37,583 bases of DNA from Escherichia phage 520873: the sequence record NC_049344.1; one strand, given 5' to 3'. Below, piece by piece: positions 19,120-27,738 of this stretch. The stretch's first letter is position 1. Each line of letters opens with the position of its first letter. Position numbers and translations under genes: made by a program. Below the pieces are notes generated by a model. The model had not been told where the DNA came from. It ran no database searches and saw only the letters and a list, made by a program, of their open reading frames with translations.

Positions 19120-19573
19120 TTCCCTGCGTGAAGCCATGACCCGTTCATGCCGATGGTGTCAGGCCAACCCGGAAAAATTCACCATTTTCGTGGAGAGCGG
19201 CAACATTGAAACGACCGGAGAAACCCCATCGTTTGTTTACCGCTATCAGATGGTGATGTTTGTCATGGATTACACCGGGGAGCTGGACGACCTCACGCTG
19301 CCGCTACTGGCGTGGTTATCCGAAAATCAGCCGCAGTTGTTGCTCAATCCGGAGCGTAATCAGGACATCAAATTCTCCGCCGTTATCAATGACGATGACA
19401 GCGCCGATCTCCTGTTTACGCTCCCCCTGCGGGAACGCGTTCGCATCACGCGCAGCAGTCAGGGCGCGCCGCAGGCAGAACACCTGCCGGAGCCAAAACC
19501 CCGCCTGCCCTCTTCCGAAGGCGACTGGTCGCATGTATTCCAGGATGTGACGTGGGGTGAAAGCGATGGATAA
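19106..19573 (+). CDS. R: Tail completion protein gpR
   Basis: 155-aa ORF in the gpR position. Confidence 0.75.
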   Translation: MLKTDSLREAMTRSCRWCQANPEKFTIFVESGNIETTGETPSFVYRYQMVMFVMDYTGELDDLTLPLLAWLSENQPQLLLNPERNQDIKFSAVINDDDSADLLFTLPLRERVRITRSSQGAPQAEHLPEPKPRLPSSEGDWSHVFQDVTWGESDG

Positions 19574-20201
19574 GGCATTCACCCGCGTGGATGAAACCTT
19601 TGAGGCCATCCGCGACGGCCTGAATCAGCAGGCCATCAATAACATCGCCAGAAAGCTGGCACAGGATTTACGCCGCGCCCAGCAGGCACGTATCCGGTCA
19701 CAGAAAGCGCCGGACGGGACCGCGTGGACACCTCGCAGACGCCGCGTAACCCGGATACAGGAGCGCATTCGCTTTATCTGGAATAACGAAGCACGCACGC
19801 TGAAAAACTGGCATCACGACACGGGGAAATACGGGCGAACCATTACCGGGTGGGATGAGGATAAAAACAATATCCGCACGTTTTACCGGGATGACATCGA
19901 CCGTTTTCTGGAAATACGCACCCGGCGCATCAACCAGGACAGCACAAAGCGCGTCCCCATGTTCGTAAAACTGCGCACCGCCCGCTACCTGAAAGCCCGT
20001 GCAGATGCTTCCGGTGTGACGGTGGGTTACAGCGGCGTGGCCGCACGTATTGCACGCGTTCATCAGTTCGGTGAGCGCGATCAGGTTGCGCCGGGCATTT
20101 TCACCGATTACCCGGTACGTGAGCTGCTGGGTATCAGCCAGGCAGATGAGCGCCTGATTTATAACACGGTGCTGGGCCGGATTGCGGAGGCTGTACGGTG
20201 A
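19557..20201 (+). CDS. S: Tail completion / virion morphogenesis protein gpS
   Basis: ORF in the gpS position; start may be GTG 19557 or ATG 19566. Confidence 0.7.
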   Translation: MKAMDKAFTRVDETFEAIRDGLNQQAINNIARKLAQDLRRAQQARIRSQKAPDGTAWTPRRRRVTRIQERIRFIWNNEARTLKNWHHDTGKYGRTITGWDEDKNNIRTFYRDDIDRFLEIRTRRINQDSTKRVPMFVKLRTARYLKARADASGVTVGYSGVAARIARVHQFGERDQVAPGIFTDYPVRELLGISQADERLIYNTVLGRIAEAVR

Positions 20202-20779
20202 GCGCAGAACTCATGCGACTGCTGAGCAATATCATCCGCACCGGGATCATCTCTGAAGTTGATGAGAAGTCCTGGCGCGTGCGCGTTCGCAGCGGCGAAC
20301 TGGAAACAGGCTGGTTGCGCTGGAACACCACGCGCGCGGGAGCCTTCAATGTGTGGCTGCCGCCATCACCAGGCGAACAGGTGGTAATTGCCTGCATTGG
20401 CGGCAACCCGGAAACCGCCATGATAATTGGCAGTCTGTGGAGTGATGCCATTCCGGCACCCGGCAAAAGCCTGAAAGAAATCGTGGTCAGCGCGCCGGAT
20501 GGCGCGGTGTTCCGCTACGACGCGGACGCAGGCGCACTGAGCGCCAGCGGCATGAAAACGGCCACCCTGCAGGCATCCGTCAGTGTGACACTGGACACAC
20601 CTGTCGTGGAATGCACAGACCTTCTGAGAACAGCGACGCTTGACGTCACAAAAGGGGGAAAGATGAGCGGCAATATCACGCACAGCGGCGGCAATTTCAC
20701 CTCAAACGGCATTACCGTGCATACGCATAAACACGGTGGCGTGAAAGGTGGCAGCGATTCGACAGGAGGCCCGCAGTGA
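20198..20779 (+). CDS. V: Baseplate spike protein gpV
   Basis: 193-aa ORF in the gpV position. Confidence 0.8.
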   Translation: MSAELMRLLSNIIRTGIISEVDEKSWRVRVRSGELETGWLRWNTTRAGAFNVWLPPSPGEQVVIACIGGNPETAMIIGSLWSDAIPAPGKSLKEIVVSAPDGAVFRYDADAGALSASGMKTATLQASVSVTLDTPVVECTDLLRTATLDVTKGGKMSGNITHSGGNFTSNGITVHTHKHGGVKGGSDSTGGPQ

Positions 20780-21126
20780 CAACCCGCTACACAGGAATGA
20801 ACCCGGACGGAACGGGAAACCTGAACGATATGGAGCACCTGAAACAGTCAGTCAGGGACATCCTGACCACCCCGCTGGCAAGCCGGGTTATGCGACGGGA
20901 ATATGGCAGCCTTGTGCCTGATTTGATTGACGAACCCATGAATAACACCACGCGTCTGCAATGCATGAGTGCTGCCGTGATTGCACTGACACGATGGGAA
21001 CCCCGCATTGCCCTGGACGCCATCGACGTTGTCTGGAAAGCGGGAGGCCGCGCCGGGGTGACGCTGTCGGGCACTGTCATGCAGACCATGCAGAATGTTG
21101 AATTAACCATCACGCTGAGGGAGTAA
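20776..21126 (+). CDS. W: Baseplate wedge protein gpW
   Basis: 116-aa ORF in the gpW position. Confidence 0.8.
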   Translation: MTTRYTGMNPDGTGNLNDMEHLKQSVRDILTTPLASRVMRREYGSLVPDLIDEPMNNTTRLQCMSAAVIALTRWEPRIALDAIDVVWKAGGRAGVTLSGTVMQTMQNVELTITLRE

Positions 21127-21129
21127 ATC

Positions 21130-22026
21130 ATGCCCGCCGTTGACCTTTCACAGTTACCGGAACCCGCCATCATCGCGGAGCCTGACTTTGAGGCAATTCT
21201 GGCTGACACAAAGGCCATGATGATTGCGTCCTATCCTGCCGAACAGCGTGAAGCCGTCTCCGCCGCGCTGGAGCTGGAATCAGAACCCCTGAACGTTATC
21301 GCTCAAACCATGTCGTTTCGTGAAATGCTGTTACGCCAGCGGGTTAACGAGGGCGCACGCGCCTGCATGTTAAGCCACGGTTCAGGGACAAACCTAGACA
21401 ACCTCGCGGGCAATATGAACACAAAGCGCCTGGTTATCACTCCGGCAACGGATACCACCGACGCGGTGATGGAGAGCGACACCTCGCTGAGACTGCGGGC
21501 GCAGCGGGCGTACGACGGCCTGAGTGTTGCTGGCCCGTCAGGTGCATACGAGTATTTTGCCCGCAGCGCCAGCGGTCTGGTGCGTGATGCGCGGGCCATC
21601 AGTCCGTCTCCGGCAAATGTGACGGTTTCCATCCTGTCCACTGAAGGCGACGGCACGGCAACGGAGGCGTTGCTTAATACCGTTCGCGCCGTTCTGAATG
21701 CAGAGGATACCCGCCCGGTGGCCGACCGCCTGACCGTACAGAGCGCCAGCATCGTGACATGGCGGCTGAATGCAAAACTGTACTTTTACCCCGGTCCGGA
21801 ATCCGAACCTATTCTGGCCGCGGCGGAATCGTCATTCAGGAAGTGGCTGGCTGAACAGGGGCTTATCGGTCAGGACTTGGCGTTGTCCGCCATTGCTGCC
21901 GCACTGCATGTGCACGGTGTGCAACGCGTGGAGATAATCGAACCCACACAGAATATGGCCATCAGCGACATACAGGCGGCGCGCTGTGAGTCATTCACCA
22001 TCAGCGAAGGTGGGCGTAATGAGTAA
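21130..22026 (+). CDS. J: Baseplate protein gpJ
   Basis: 298-aa ORF in the gpJ position. Confidence 0.85.
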   Translation: MPAVDLSQLPEPAIIAEPDFEAILADTKAMMIASYPAEQREAVSAALELESEPLNVIAQTMSFREMLLRQRVNEGARACMLSHGSGTNLDNLAGNMNTKRLVITPATDTTDAVMESDTSLRLRAQRAYDGLSVAGPSGAYEYFARSASGLVRDARAISPSPANVTVSILSTEGDGTATEALLNTVRAVLNAEDTRPVADRLTVQSASIVTWRLNAKLYFYPGPESEPILAAAESSFRKWLAEQGLIGQDLALSAIAAALHVHGVQRVEIIEPTQNMAISDIQAARCESFTISEGGRNE

Positions 22027-22549
22027 TTCACTGTTACCACCATCAGCCAGCAATTTCATGCGTTGTGCCGAAGTTGTCGGAACGCGCATTACAGACATCC
22101 CGGTAGACCTCAACACGCTGTGGTCGCCGGACACCTGCCCGGTGCACCTGCTGCCTTATCTCGCCTGGGCATTTTCCGTTGACCGCTGGGATCGCAACTG
22201 GCCGGAAGAGACAAAACGACAGGCGATTCGTGATGCATGGCTGATACACCGACACAAGGGAACCATCAGCGCACTGCGCCGGGCCATTGAGCCGCTGGGA
22301 TACCTCATTCGTGTGTCTGAGTGGTGGGAGTTCGGCGGAGAACCGGGAACATTTACCGTTGAAGTGGGCACGCTGGACAGTGGCGTGACGGAGGAAATGT
22401 ATCTGGAAATGGAGCGGCTGATTGCCGATGCCCGCCCGGTCAGCCGCCACATGACAGGGCTGAATATCATTCAGGAAATTCCGGGGGATATTTTCGCAGC
22501 GGCGGCAACTTATGACGGTGAAGTTATTACCATTTATCCAGGCGATTAA
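22019..22549 (+). CDS. I: Baseplate/tail protein gpI
   Basis: ATG at 22019 gives 176 aa, the P2 gpI length. Confidence 0.8.
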   Translation: MSNSLLPPSASNFMRCAEVVGTRITDIPVDLNTLWSPDTCPVHLLPYLAWAFSVDRWDRNWPEETKRQAIRDAWLIHRHKGTISALRRAIEPLGYLIRVSEWWEFGGEPGTFTVEVGTLDSGVTEEMYLEMERLIADARPVSRHMTGLNIIQEIPGDIFAAAATYDGEVITIYPGD

Positions 22550-22551
22550 GC

Positions 22552-24537
22552 ATGAGTACCACAACACGAAAATTTAAAACCGTTATCACCGATACGGGTG
22601 CAAAAAAATTAGCTCAGGCAGCCGCGCCAGATGGTAAGCCTGTCCGCCTGACTCATATGGCCGTGGGCGACGGTGGCGGCACGTTGCCCACACCAGACAG
22701 TAAGCAGACCCGTCTGGTGCATGAGGTGTGGCGACATACTGTTAATCGCGTCATCCTGGACGCAACACATCAGAACCGCATTATTGCGGAGCTGGTTATT
22801 CCTCCTGAAACGGGCGGATTCTGGATCCGGGAAATTGGTGTATTTGATGAGCACGGCGATTTAATCGCGGTGGGAAATACTGCCGAAAGTTACAAGCCAG
22901 CCGTTGCCGAAGGGTCCGGTCGTGCACAAACATTTCGCACCATTCTGACCGTATCCAGCACTGCCACCGTGGCGCTTACCGTGGATAACACCATGGTGAT
23001 GGCCACAGTGGATTACGTGGATGACAAACTGAAAGAGCATGAACAGTCACGACGTCACCCGGACGCCTCGCTGACCGCAAAAGGCTTTGTTCAACTCAGT
23101 AGCGCCACTAACAGCGTGTCTGAAACGCAGGCTGCAACGCCGAAAGCAGTAAAGGCCGCGTATGATCTTGCTAACGGTAAATATACTGCGCAGGATGCCA
23201 GCACGACGCGAAAAGGCCTTGTCCAGCTCAGTAGCGCCACCAACAGCACGTCTGAAACGCAGGCTGCAACGCCGAAAGCAGTAAAGGCCGCGTATGACCT
23301 TGCTAACGCAAAATATACCGCTCAGGACGCCACGACGGCACAAAAAGGGATAGTCCAGCTCAGTAGTGCCACCAACAGCACGTCTGAAACACTGGCCGCG
23401 ACATCAAAAGCGGTTAAGGCGGTAATGGATGAAACGAACAAGAAAGCGCCCTTAAACAGTCCTGCGCTGACCGGAACGCCAACAACGCCAACTGCGCGAC
23501 AGGGAACGAATAATACCCAAATCGCAAGCACGGCTTTCGTTATGGCTGCGATTGCCGCCCTTGTAGATTCGTCACCTGACGCACTGAATACGCTGAACGA
23601 GTTAGCGGCGGCGCTGGGAAACGACCCGAATTTTGCGACCACCATGACTAACGCGCTTGCGGGTAAGCAACCGAAAGATGCCACCCTGACGGCGCTGGCC
23701 GGGCTTGCTACTGCGGCAGACAGGTTTCCGTATTTTACGGGGAATGATGTTGCCAGCCTGGCAACCCTGACAAAAGTCGGACGGGATATTCTGGCTAAAG
23801 CGACCGTTACTGCCGTTATCGAATACCTCGGTTTACGAGAACTCGGCACAAGCGGGGAGAAAATACCGTTACTCAGTACAGCGAATACCTGGACCAATCG
23901 ACAAACATTCAGCGGTGGCCTTTCTGGGGAACTGTCCGGCAATGCCGCTACTGCAACAAAGCTGAAAACAGCACGAAAAATTGCTGGAGTTGGTTTTGAT
24001 GGTTCTAGCGATATTTCAATTAGTGCCAAAAATGTCAATGCATTTGCACTCCGACAAACAGGTAATACTGTTAATGGTGATACATCCGTTGGATGGAATT
24101 GGGATAGTGGTGCATATAACGCCCTGATTGGTGGTGCATCTGCATTAATTCTTCACTTTAATATAAATGCTGGTAGCTGTCCTGCCGTACAATTCCGTGT
24201 GAATTATAAAAATGGTGGCATTTCCTACAGGTCGGCTCGTGATGGTTATGGGTTTGAATTAGGTTGGTCAGATTTCTATACCACGACACGAAAACCTTCA
24301 GCGGGAGATGTTGGTGCATATACGCGGGCAGAATGTAACTCAAGGTTTATTACAGGTATTCGCCTTGGCGGTCTGTCATCTGTTCAGACATGGAATGGTC
24401 CCGGCTGGTCTGACAGGTCAGGTTATGTCGTTACGGGTTCAGTTAACGGAAACCGTGATGAATTAATTGATACAACACAGGCAAGGCCAATTCAGTATTG
24501 CATTAATGGGACGTGGTATAACGCGGGGAGTATTTAA
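22552..24537 (+). CDS. H: Tail fibre protein gpH (constant N-terminal part plus currently expressed variable C-terminal part)
   Basis: 661-aa ORF; three 44-aa collar repeats; C-terminal portion lies inside the invertible segment. Confidence 0.85.
   Translation: MSTTTRKFKTVITDTGAKKLAQAAAPDGKPVRLTHMAVGDGGGTLPTPDSKQTRLVHEVWRHTVNRVILDATHQNRIIAELVIPPETGGFWIREIGVFDEHGDLIAVGNTAESYKPAVAEGSGRAQTFRTILTVSSTATVALTVDNTMVMATVDYVDDKLKEHEQSRRHPDASLTAKGFVQLSSATNSVSETQAATPKAVKAAYDLANGKYTAQDASTTRKGLVQLSSATNSTSETQAATPKAVKAAYDLANAKYTAQDATTAQKGIVQLSSATNSTSETLAATSKAVKAVMDETNKKAPLNSPALTGTPTTPTARQGTNNTQIASTAFVMAAIAALVDSSPDALNTLNELAAALGNDPNFATTMTNALAGKQPKDATLTALAGLATAADRFPYFTGNDVASLATLTKVGRDILAKATVTAVIEYLGLRELGTSGEKIPLLSTANTWTNRQTFSGGLSGELSGNAATATKLKTARKIAGVGFDGSSDISISAKNVNAFALRQTGNTVNGDTSVGWNWDSGAYNALIGGASALILHFNINAGSCPAVQFRVNYKNGGISYRSARDGYGFELGWSDFYTTTRKPSAGDVGAYTRAECNSRFITGIRLGGLSSVQTWNGPGWSDRSGYVVTGSVNGNRDELIDTTQARPIQYCINGTWYNAGSI
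23062..23457 (+). repeat. Three tandem ~132-bp coding repeats within H
   Basis: Near-identical DNA units encoding KG[FLI]VQLSSATNSxSETQAATPKAVKAAYDLAN. Confidence 0.6.
23816..23841. other. Invertase crossover site, left (gix/cix-like), inside H
   Basis: TTATCGAATACCTCGGTTTACGAGAA; matches the reverse complement of the right site at 19 of 26 positions. Confidence 0.5.
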
Positions 24538-24539
24538 CG

Positions 24540-25073
24540 ATGATGCACTTAAAAAACATTACTACTGGCAACCCTAAAACAAAAGAGCAATACCAGCTAA
24601 CAAAGCAATTTAACATCAAATGGCTTTATTCAGATGATGGAAAAAACTGGTATGAGGAACAAAAGAATTTCCAGCCAGACACTTTGAAAATGGTCTATGA
24701 CCATAACGGCGTTATTATTTGTATTGAAAAGGATGTTTCAGCAATTAATCCGGAAGGCGCAAGCGTCGTTGAATTACCTGATATTACAGCAAATCGCCGG
24801 GCTGATATTTCGGGTAAATGGATGTTCAAAGATGGCGTAGTGATAAAGCGAACTTATACCGGGGAAGAGCAGAGGCAGCAGGCAGAGAATGAAAAGCAAA
24901 GCCTGTTGCAACTTGTCAGGGATAAAACCCAGTTATGGGACTCACAGCTACGGCTGGGCATCATTTCCGACGAGAGTAAACAAAAATTAACAGAGTGGAT
25001 ACTCTTTGCGCAGAAAGTCGAATCTACAGACACTTCCAGCCTGCCAGTAACGTTTCCCGAACAACCTGAATGA
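24540..25073 (+). CDS. G: Tail fibre assembly chaperone gpG
   Basis: 177-aa ORF after H; N-terminus MMHLKNITTGNPKTKEQYQLTK is homologous to the inverted copy. Confidence 0.8.
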   Translation: MMHLKNITTGNPKTKEQYQLTKQFNIKWLYSDDGKNWYEEQKNFQPDTLKMVYDHNGVIICIEKDVSAINPEGASVVELPDITANRRADISGKWMFKDGVVIKRTYTGEEQRQQAENEKQSLLQLVRDKTQLWDSQLRLGIISDESKQKLTEWILFAQKVESTDTSSLPVTFPEQPE

Positions 25074-25078
25074 GACAA

Positions 25079-25100
25079 GGCCCGATAGCGGGCCTTAATT
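25079..25100. terminator. Hairpin between convergent G and G'
   Basis: GGCCCG-atag-CGGGCC followed by a T-rich run on the plus strand. Confidence 0.4.
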
Positions 25101-25101
25101 T

Positions 25102-25629
25102 TTATTCAGGCTTTTGTGGCCATTCAGGATTTGCCGTATCCACACGGCTGACCAGAACACTGTAGCGTTCCCATGACTCCAGTCGTGTGCGCTCCTCGTC
25201 TGTTGCCATATTCAGCCTGGCAGCGCGTTCCAGTGGCTGGATGACTGATTCAGCTTCGGAAAGCAATGCGGCCTTTTGTGATTCGGCCTGTTGTTGCTGT
25301 TCGTCTGCTGTATAAATCCGCTTAACCACAGTTCCGTCCTTAAACATCCACTTCCCTGAATCATCGGCACGACGATTGACTGTTATATCTGGAATCTCAA
25401 CGACACTAAAGCCTTCGGGATTAAGCGTTGAGGCATCTTTGGTTATGGCAACAATAATATTATTTTCGTCGTAAACAATCTTTATGGTGTCTTCCTGAAA
25501 GCTATTTACTTCCTCATACCAGTTTTTACCGTCTTCTGTATATAACCAGATAACATCAAAATTTTTTGTCAGTTGATATTGGGCAACAGTTTTTGGATTA
25601 CCCGCAGTAATATTTTTTAAATGCTGCAT
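25102..25629 (-). CDS. Alternative tail fibre assembly chaperone G'
   Basis: N-terminus [22 protein letters not shown] homologous to G, diverged C-terminus. Confidence 0.75.
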   Translation of the reverse strand: MQHLKNITAGNPKTVAQYQLTKNFDVIWLYTEDGKNWYEEVNSFQEDTIKIVYDENNIIVAITKDASTLNPEGFSVVEIPDITVNRRADDSGKWMFKDGTVVKRIYTADEQQQQAESQKAALLSEAESVIQPLERAARLNMATDEERTRLESWERYSVLVSRVDTANPEWPQKPE

Positions 25630-25632
25630 AAA

Positions 25633-26538
25633 TTACACCTGTGCGACGTTATACCATGTGCCATTGATGTATTTTTGTATTGGCCTGAATACTGCGGGGT
25701 CATCACCATCGACTTCACCGACAATACCAAGCCTGGTAATTACGTGCCCTACTTTCTCATACATCACCCCTTTCTGCATGGTCTGGACAACACGTGTGCC
25801 AAGTCTGATATCTCTCACATAGCGGGAATCAAAGTTACCGTAATCCGAGGGATTAACACGCCCCGTAATATTTATAGTCTTATTACTTTGAATGCTTCCG
25901 GAAACAAAGCGCATAACATGGACGTTATTAGCATAAACATCCAGATTACCATCGCCATTTTGTTTAAATCCGGTGTCGTTATCACCAAGAACAATAGAGT
26001 TCCCACCCAACGCGTTATTCGTGCCAAGTGCCAGCCCGCCATCAATCCTGGCACCATTACCAACAAACACAATTCCTGTTCTTAAGTTGATGCCGAATGG
26101 CCTTAATGGCCCAATATCTCCATTTTCACCCTCATTTTCTCGTGTAGGAATGATATACAGGTTTTCTTCAGAACGGCGAAAAATAGCCCCAAAAGATGAA
26201 TTAAATATCCTCAGTGCATTGACTGTAGATATTTTTACTTCACTGCTGAAAAGGGCTTTAACAAGAACATACAGAGCATCCCATTTAAGATTCATCAGGT
26301 CTTTTGTTGTGGTGCTCTGGCGACTTCTCCATTTGAAATATTCATTGCCGTTGTCACCTGTTTCAAACCACATATATGAATCAGTATCGCTGTCGGCATC
26401 ATTTTTAAATCCAATCTTTGCCCAGTCAGTATTTCGAATCCAGGCAAGGATTGAGTCGTTTTCAAAAGTAAGCCCACCGGACAAGGTATCACCATTCTTT
26501 TGCACCGCGTTCCTGGCCCTGTTTACCGTTTCCTGCAA
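25633..26538 (-). CDS. Alternative tail-fibre C-terminal cassette H'v (promoterless)
   Basis: 301-aa open frame ending ...IQKYINGTWYNVAQV, parallel to the H C-terminus ...IQYCINGTWYNAGSI; 5' end lies in the right crossover site. Confidence 0.7.
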   Translation of the reverse strand: MQETVNRARNAVQKNGDTLSGGLTFENDSILAWIRNTDWAKIGFKNDADSDTDSYMWFETGDNGNEYFKWRSRQSTTTKDLMNLKWDALYVLVKALFSSEVKISTVNALRIFNSSFGAIFRRSEENLYIIPTRENEGENGDIGPLRPFGINLRTGIVFVGNGARIDGGLALGTNNALGGNSIVLGDNDTGFKQNGDGNLDVYANNVHVMRFVSGSIQSNKTINITGRVNPSDYGNFDSRYVRDIRLGTRVVQTMQKGVMYEKVGHVITRLGIVGEVDGDDPAVFRPIQKYINGTWYNVAQV

Positions 26539-26555
26539 ACCGAGGTTTTAAATAA
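26530..26555. other. Invertase crossover site, right (gix/cix-like)
   Basis: TTCCTGCAAACCGAGGTTTTAAATAA resembles the Gin gix sequence and is inverted relative to the left site. Confidence 0.55.
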
Positions 26556-26609
26556 TGGCCGTTTCTGGCCTGCATGGCATGATTTGCGCTTTTGGACGGG
26601 AGATTCAGT

Positions 26610-27209
26610 GTGCTGATTGGCTATGTAAGGGTATCAACAAATGACCAGAATACAGACCTGCAACGAAACGCTCTTGTTTGTGCAGGATGTGAACAAATAT
26701 TTGAAGATAAATTAAGCGGGACAAAGACAGACCGACCGGGATTAAAACGCGCTTTAAAGCGCCTTCAAAAAGGTGACACGCTGGTTGTCTGGAAACTGGA
26801 TCGCCTCGGGCGAAGCATGAAACATCTGATTTCTCTTGTCGGGGAACTACGGGAGCTAGGGATTAATTTTCGCAGTCTGACCGACAGCATAGACACATCT
26901 TCTCCAATGGGGCGTTTTTTCTTCCACGTGATGGGTGCCCTGGCTGAAATGGAACGTGAATTAATTGTTGAACGTACACTGGCCGGGCTGGCGGCAGCGC
27001 GCGCAAGGGGGCGCACAGGCGGACGTCGACCGAAGCTGACAAAAGAACAGCATGAGCAAATAGCAAGGCTAATCAAAAACGGGCACGACAGAAAACAACT
27101 GGCAATAATTTACGGCATTGGCACATCGACGATTTATCGTTATCACCCTGTAGGCGATATACAGACTGAAGAAACAACCGGGCAGACTCAGGAAAATGAA
27201 AACCGCTAA
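26610..27209 (+). CDS. Serine DNA invertase, Gin/Hin/Cin/Pin family
   Basis: GTG start gives MLIGYVRVSTNDQNTDLQRNAL...; C-terminal HTH (GTSTIYRY); sits directly beside the crossover site. Confidence 0.85.
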   Translation: MLIGYVRVSTNDQNTDLQRNALVCAGCEQIFEDKLSGTKTDRPGLKRALKRLQKGDTLVVWKLDRLGRSMKHLISLVGELRELGINFRSLTDSIDTSSPMGRFFFHVMGALAEMERELIVERTLAGLAAARARGRTGGRRPKLTKEQHEQIARLIKNGHDRKQLAIIYGIGTSTIYRYHPVGDIQTEETTGQTQENENR

Positions 27210-27232
27210 TCTGACCATTAGCGGTTTTTGTG
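27196..27232. terminator. Bidirectional hairpin between convergent invertase and gpU genes
   Basis: AAACCGCTAAT-ctgacc-ATTAGCGGTTT with flanking A and T runs; includes the invertase stop codon. Confidence 0.5.
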
Positions 27233-27237
27233 TTAAA

Positions 27238-27732
27238 TCAGAACAGCCCTTTAACTGAACTGGCCGCGCTGTTAAGAGATGATGTCACCTTATCTTTGAA
27301 GCCGGACAGCATATCACTGAACGATGAGGATTGCAGGCGCTCCCGCAAATCCTCATCACAGCGTTCAAGAGTCAGTGAAAATTCTATCTTTTTCGCCTTA
27401 CCGTAGCGATCAAACTCGGAGCGGGTCGTATTCGTTTCAGTCAGGACATACATGCCGTAAATCTGCCCGACGCCATCAATCAAAGGCCAGGGTCGTCCTG
27501 TATACGCCTGCGTGGTCAGCAGCGACAGCGACACTTCGCCACCTGTAATTTCAGGATAAAGCACACCAGAAAGAACGATGCGATCATCACCTGCACCGAT
27601 ATACTGCCAGCTTGCTGAACGGTTAACGCGTTCATTTTTCACATGCCGCCAGCTTTTGTTTTGCTGTAACTGCTGATGCGGCAGCGTGCGCAGCTCAAAA
27701 ACAAACATGCCGTAGATCATCATCATGGCCAT
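27238..27732 (-). CDS. U: Tail protein gpU
   Basis: MIYGMFVFELRTLPHQQLQ...VLYPEITGG...PLIDGVGQIYGMYVL parallels remembered P2 gpU. Confidence 0.8.
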   Translation of the reverse strand: MAMMMIYGMFVFELRTLPHQQLQQNKSWRHVKNERVNRSASWQYIGAGDDRIVLSGVLYPEITGGEVSLSLLTTQAYTGRPWPLIDGVGQIYGMYVLTETNTTRSEFDRYGKAKKIEFSLTLERCDEDLRERLQSSSFSDMLSGFKDKVTSSLNSAASSVKGLF

Positions 27733-27738
27733 GACTCC

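Larger units (their letters stand above)
23816..26555. mobile_element. Invertible tail-fibre segment (~2.7 kb; Mu G / P1 C segment analogue)
   Basis: Bounded by inverted gix-like sites; holds Hv-G (+) and G'-H'v (-); invertase gene immediately to the right. Confidence 0.6.

Noticed and set aside
23062-23457. Possible CRISPR array or non-coding tandem repeat
   Set aside because: The repeats are in frame within the tail fibre ORF, have no unique spacers and encode a repeated peptide motif.
27196-27232. Secondary gix site mediating the tail-block inversion
   Set aside because: The palindrome arms are separated by 6 nt and lack the gix core; it is better explained as a bidirectional terminator. 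The cause of the inversion is unresolved.
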